Position numbers and translations under genes: made by a program. The notes under the pieces were generated by a model. That model searched no databases, was not told where the DNA came from, and saw nothing but the letters and a program-made list of their open reading frames with translations. From assembly GCA_963709405.1 (NCBI GenBank), contig CAVPXM010000081.1:1-24424 (forward strand): a stretch of 24,424 nt of DNA, read 5' to 3'. Positions 20,051 through 24,424 of this stretch are shown piece after piece (position 1 is the first letter of the stretch; the number at the start of each line of letters is the position of its first letter). The DNA comes from an uncultured Nitrososphaerales archaeon. Lineage in GTDB: Archaea; Thermoproteota; Nitrososphaeria; Nitrososphaerales; Nitrososphaeraceae.

Positions 20051-20389
20051 TTGTATTTCGGTGTAAATCTCGTACTCATGTTTGATTATAGACTTGGTTT
20101 TGATGTACAAGTAAAGAATTCTGATGGCGAAATACAAGTTCTAATTGTCAGTAGAAAAGATGTTTCCAAATGGAAAGAAAATCACGAAAGTTCTGAAATT
20201 AACTTGTATTACAGCAGAAGTGGTCTAAAGATTAATGATGTCTTTAAGCCTACTATAAGCGATGCATATGCATTTGTGCTAAACAATAGTAAATCCCCTG
20301 TTAGTCATGAAGTGAAAACAGTTGAAGTTACTTTGATTCATAATTGGCAGCAAGCGGTAAGGGAATCTCAATTAAGGGATCGTAACTAG
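20051..20389 (+). CDS. Hypothetical beta-sandwich protein (GOLD/emp24-like pattern)
   Basis: EIQVLIV...W....LYYS......FKP..S.AYAFVLNN..S....KTVEVTL. The frame is open back to 20000 (NINEFNIPPG), so the start is uncertain. Confidence 0.6.
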   Translation: MYFGVNLVLMFDYRLGFDVQVKNSDGEIQVLIVSRKDVSKWKENHESSEINLYYSRSGLKINDVFKPTISDAYAFVLNNSKSPVSHEVKTVEVTLIHNWQQAVRESQLRDRN

Positions 20390-20820
20390 GCACAATGGTA
20401 GGAAAGGATTATGGGATAAATAAATAATGGAAAATATGCTGTACTCCTCTCTCGTCAATAGTTCGTTGCTTTTGGCGACTTGTTTTTATCTGAAATCTAT
20501 TCCCTCATGGTTTGCAGAAACATATGCGAAACGATCCACTCAGAGAGTTGGCATATTCATATGAAGGAATAGAATGTTGAATATTTCTGCAACGCTTTAC
20601 ACTGAACGATAAGAAACTTGAATAGATGTGCTCTACAGCTTAATGCGGATTTAATTTCGCCATGCTTGTAAAAACACAGAACAGGGAACTATCATTCAGA
20701 TGCATAGCCTATAACATTCACAGGCTAACAAATCTTGTCATTATTGTGATGATTTCTACATAGCCTATGTCAAGTAAGATATTATCATCAAGTTTTTAAT
20801 ATCGCATATATATTTCTGTT

Positions 20821-22195
20821 ATGAGACTATTAACATTGAGATGTACAAGGAATATCTCAAGATATAGAAGAAAATATAACATTTCACTTAGGTGTATTTT
20901 ATCTGTAATATTAATAATATCTTTATCATTATTTTCTTCATCAGCATCACCATACTTACTTCCATTTATAATGCAAGGAAAGGCTAAAGAAACAACTCTA
21001 GTATTACCAGCAGCAACAAGCATTGCCATCATCGTTATCTTCATCATCATCATCATCAGAAGTACCAGTAGAGTACTCAACTCCTGATGGGGAAGGACGA
21101 GATAGTAGTAGTGCTGGTGATGATGGTAGTCATTGTGTTAATTATAGTCCTTCTGAAAGGCTAATTACTATTTCTTGTAAATCTGCTGTCAGCATAACCG
21201 ATGTATACAATCAGCTTAACAGTGATCATAGTAATAATGGTGTTTTAGATAAGGATCAGCAGCAACCAGGTGTATGGATATTAAATGCAAACGTAACAAT
21301 AAATAGTGGAGCTACTCTAAACATAGATTTTAAAGATACTAAATGGCTAAAAATAGTTGCGAATGGTAAATCTCTTGCATATGCCATACGTGTCTATGGT
21401 AGCCTAAAGATTGACTCAGTAAAGCTAACTTCATGGAATCCTCAAACAAATGATTATGTTCAAAGTTATGGTTCAAGAGAAACTTCTGGAAAAATAACAC
21501 ATGTAGGAGCTCCCAGACCATATATTAGAATAGAAGAGCCATCAGATGGAACAGCTATAGGTGGTACTACAAATATCACCAATTCAGAGATTGCATATTT
21601 AGGATATGAGGGTGGATGGGGTACAGGAACATCTGGAATTCATTATCATATGGCTGGTCATGGTAGTGTAATAAGAAATAACAATATACACCATCTATAT
21701 TTTGGCTTTTATTCAGTCGGTGTAGGTGGAATGGTTATTGAAAGCAATAGAATTCATAATATGGGACATTATGGTATAGATCCACATACAGGAACTCATG
21801 ATATGATAATTAGAAATAATACTGTTTATGGCGTCAATGGCACAGCTATAATTTGTTCGTTAGATTGTTATAATATACTCTTTGAAAAAAATATAGTCTA
21901 CAATAACACAGGATCTGGAATAGCATTTAGTAGAAATGTAACTAATTCTATTGCCAAAGACAACTATATATATAATCAGCCAAGAGCCATTCATATTTCT
22001 AAGTCACATAATAATGAGATTTACAATAATACAATTTCAAATTCTACATCAGCTATTAGTCTAATTAGTGGTTCCTCTTCCAATAAAATATATGATAATA
22101 GTATCGCTAATGCCAAAAATCCTTTGATGATTGATCCTGGTCTTGAACAAACGAATACAATTTACGCCAACAGAATAGTCAATGATACTGCGTAG
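20821..22195 (+). CDS. Secreted right-handed parallel beta-helix protein, AlgG/mannuronan C5-epimerase-like; 1-nt frameshift at ~21018
   Basis: ORF 20821 supplies a basic + hydrophobic signal. Removing one A at 21018-21019 fuses it to ORF 21023..22195, which has NSEIAYLGY, YFGFYS, YGIDPHT and Asn-ladder repeats. Confidence 0.88.
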
Positions 22196-22566
22196 CCCCG
22201 TCAAATATTGTCCGCCCACGGTCAATGAAATCTGCACATGGATCTCCAACTAACTCATCGTTTCTTCGAAGTAGATCTTATCGTCGCCATGTAGCCATCA
22301 TTACCTCTGTAGATAATATCATTACCACTGATCGATTCTTTGTTGTTATTGCAAAAAATATTACACATTATTTGGGTATAACCATCTTCGCTAGATCTAC
22401 TCAATAAAGGCATTGCGAAGTATGTAAGACCTATGACCAGTATTATGGTCATAAACAAACAAACTAGTAAAATCTTCTGGTTACAGAATGAACATTCTTC
22501 TGGAATATCTGAAGGTATACCTTCAAGATGACTAGTAGAATCTTCTATCTGGTTATAATAACTCAG
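22186..22566 (-). pseudogene. Decayed membrane-anchored hemolysin-type Ca-binding (RTX-repeat) protein
   Basis: TM segment ILLVCLFMTIILVIGLTYFAM followed, across frames, by GNDIIYRGND, GDDKIY and RNDELVGDPCADFIDRG (cf. GNDELVGGPGADFFDCG). Confidence 0.5.
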
Positions 22567-23004
22567 CTAGCAGACACTCAGTTCAGTGAGAGTATTTTAA
22601 TGTAATTGGTTTTTGGTTCGTCTTGGTTAATAATTGTTGGAGTACCATTTACACTTCGTTATGTGCTTAAGCGCCAGATCAGGCCCCAAATACTCCGGTA
22701 CAGTTGTATTATTATCAGCCACTTGCTTGATGAGATCCTGGAACGTAAAGATCGACCCGCTTGATTGCTTTAGGATCGCTAGGCAATTACTTACCGCTTG
22801 CTGGCGTGGTGACGAACTATCTAACTGCGGCGAGTGATAGTTTTTGTTATTATTATTGTTCAGTTGCAGACTTTAACCGAATATGCTACCGACTTGATGA
22901 CTTGTTTCTGCTTCTGCTGTTCATACATTTTGATTATCTCTATAAGGAATTGTTTACTGTAATCTTCCAAGTCCGAGCTCTGATATTGCTCTGGCTTAAT
23001 AGCT

Positions 23005-23067
23005 TTAGTCTGTTGCATTCATTGCAAAGACAAACATCTCATACGGTTCCGATTCTAATTCAAGCAC
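23005..23067 (-). pseudogene. N-terminal stub of a thaumarchaeal tyrosine integrase
   Basis: VLELESEPYEMFVFAMNA-(frameshift)-QTK resembles the N-terminus I recall for AOA integrases (DPYS.F.FAM.A..TK..Y). It lies directly downstream of the tRNA. Confidence 0.45.
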
Positions 23068-23114
23068 TCTTTTTCTCCTTTTCCTAGAATCCTATTTGAG
23101 AACTAATACCACAA

Positions 23115-23189
23115 CGGGCCCAGAGGGATTTGAACCCTCGACCAACTGCTCCGCAGGCAGCCATTCTATCCAAACTGAACTATGAGCCC
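23115..23189 (-). tRNA. tRNA-Arg(GCG), intron-less, no encoded CCA
   Basis: GGGCTCA TA GTTCAGTTTGGATAGAAT G GCTGC CTGCGGA GCAGT TGGTC GAGGG TTCAAAT CCCTC TGGGCCC G forms a full cloverleaf; anticodon at 23152-23154. Confidence 0.97.
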
Positions 23190-23400
23190 ATTCAGGTCAA
23201 GATATTTATGTTACTAGCCGTAATTCCATGGTATAAATACCTTCTATTTAGAAGATGATTAGACACCACATTGTCTGATATGCTTATGAAAGGAACGCTA
23301 CTCAATAACTCTTGTATGCTCTGAGTATGATTGATATAATAAAGAGTTATGTTTTATAATAACCCATTATTCACATCAATATGAATATTGAATATACGTA

Positions 23401-23683
23401 CTACAATCCTCTCACTATTCCTTGGACAGTTCTGTAAGAAGTCTTAAACCCAATCTTGAGGAATGCTAGAAACTGGATATATGTATGTGAATATTCAAAT
23501 GGTGCTCCAATCTTCCCATCATTCATCTTCCTGATTTCTTTACTTTGCGATTTCAGAAAACCTATACCTATTAATACACGTCCACGTTCAACCATGGAGG
23601 GCACTAGGTTTACCTGATTTATTTATTAGTGTATATTTCAATTCGATAGACCTCAAGAGTAGGAATACTCGTTACAAAACCTC
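23401..23683 (-). mobile_element. Truncated IS5-family (IS903-like) element: left end plus transposase N-terminus
   Basis: MVERGRVLIGIGFL...MNDGKIGAPFEYSHTYIQFLAFLKIGFKTSYRTVQGIVRGL*. Candidate terminal repeat GAGGTTTTGTAACGAG at 23668-23683; no partner end found. Confidence 0.75.
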
Positions 23684-23938
23684 CAAATTTTTCATGGCAG
23701 AGCAGCTTCATACCTACTTCCATTAGATGATAGTATTGTACAAGTACATAGAAATGACAAATTAGTAAATTAATTTATTAATTTAGCTATATAATGAATC
23801 GGCCTGAATATTTTCGTATTTATATATCACTATATAATCATATACTAAACCCGTATACGATTTGCTATGGTGGCATATATCTATATAAAACTCGAGGGAA
23901 TGTCGACACTTGCCGGAGCAAACAACATATTTCGCCTG

Positions 23939-24055
23939 TTACTGATGAGTCCGTTCTGCAGCCATTATATCTAACCCATCAGGACCATTTGAAGTTATCA
24001 AACCTACATCAGTTGCGAATTGTCTGGTCCGTCTATCATTCCATGCCAGATGCAT
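23939..24055 (-). pseudogene. N-terminal fragment of a flavin-reductase (DIM6/NTAB)-like protein
   Basis: MHLAWNDRRTRQFATDVGLITSNGPDGLDIMAAERTHQ* (cf. F.TNVGLITS.GP.G.NIMAAEWTH..SY.P), truncated after 38 aa. Confidence 0.6.
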
Positions 24056-24424
24056 AGGTGAACAGGGTGGAACAGTATAATAAAGCTGTACTGTGTGGTT
24101 TTATGACATCGGGATCAGGGAGAGAAATCTAATGAATCGAGCAAAGAATGGTACCGACTGGCTAATTAACTTTTACTGCCCATACGCTAAATCCCATGAC
24201 GCTGACTAACCCATAATTGGTATTATACAAATACCTGATTTAGCTTCCACATTAACTTGGACTTTATGATGTTATCTTTTAAAATCTCAGCCGTTTTTAC
24301 ACACATCAAGGTGTGTGGCTTTTTAGACATTGGGATACAAACAGAGTATGATCTCACTTGAGGTTTGAGATCACAATCGGCAACCTTAATGGATTCTCGC
24401 AGACTTATTAAAGTAATGAGTGAT

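Larger units (their letters stand above)
18879..23126. mobile_element. Decayed integrative element at tRNA-Arg(GCG), bounded by 12-bp direct repeats
   Basis: CGGGCCCAGAGG at 18879-18890 equals 23115-23126, the 3' 12 nt of the tRNA. An integrase-like N-terminal remnant starts ~48 nt downstream of the tRNA. Confidence 0.6.

Noticed and set aside
20430-20560. Minus-strand DRFAY...NELLTREE, a possible second DUF6659-like remnant
   Set aside because: Similarity is too weak and broken by stops.
23942-24000. CTGATGAG...GGAC as a hammerhead ribozyme core
   Set aside because: No GAAA after the stem, and the sequence is the antisense of the flavin-reductase stub.
1-24424. CRISPR array or defence system
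   Set aside because: No regularly spaced 24-47 bp repeats and no cas or restriction-modification genes. The YgjP-like gene has no type I RM neighbours.

Overview
AT-rich archaeal DNA, most likely from a soil ammonia-oxidising archaeon (Nitrososphaerales). This is an inference from the gene content and style: SUI1, a COG3355-type HTH regulator, a stand-alone receiver, a DUF6659-like protein, a PQQ/GSDH propeller, an AlgG-like beta-helix and a CCA-less tRNA. The window holds corA, a complete 978-bp IS5-family element (perfect TIRs, TTA target duplication) inserted in a decayed gene, an EamA/DMT transporter and SUI1. A redox/metal-flavoured block follows: a Cys-rich regulator divergent from thioredoxin, a copper-radical oxidase, a GSDH-fold protein lacking canonical catalytic residues, a secreted (His-Gly)12 protein and a divergent RibD_C-like reductase. 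Next come an orphan trpA and a YgjP/M48 protein. A ~4.25-kb decayed element bounded by tRNA-Arg(GCG) and a 12-bp copy of its 3' end carries an AlgG-like epimerase homologue. Several otherwise intact genes are broken by small indels, which suggests sequencing/assembly error, so frameshift-based pseudogene calls are uncertain. All homology calls come from motif recognition by eye; no searches were run.
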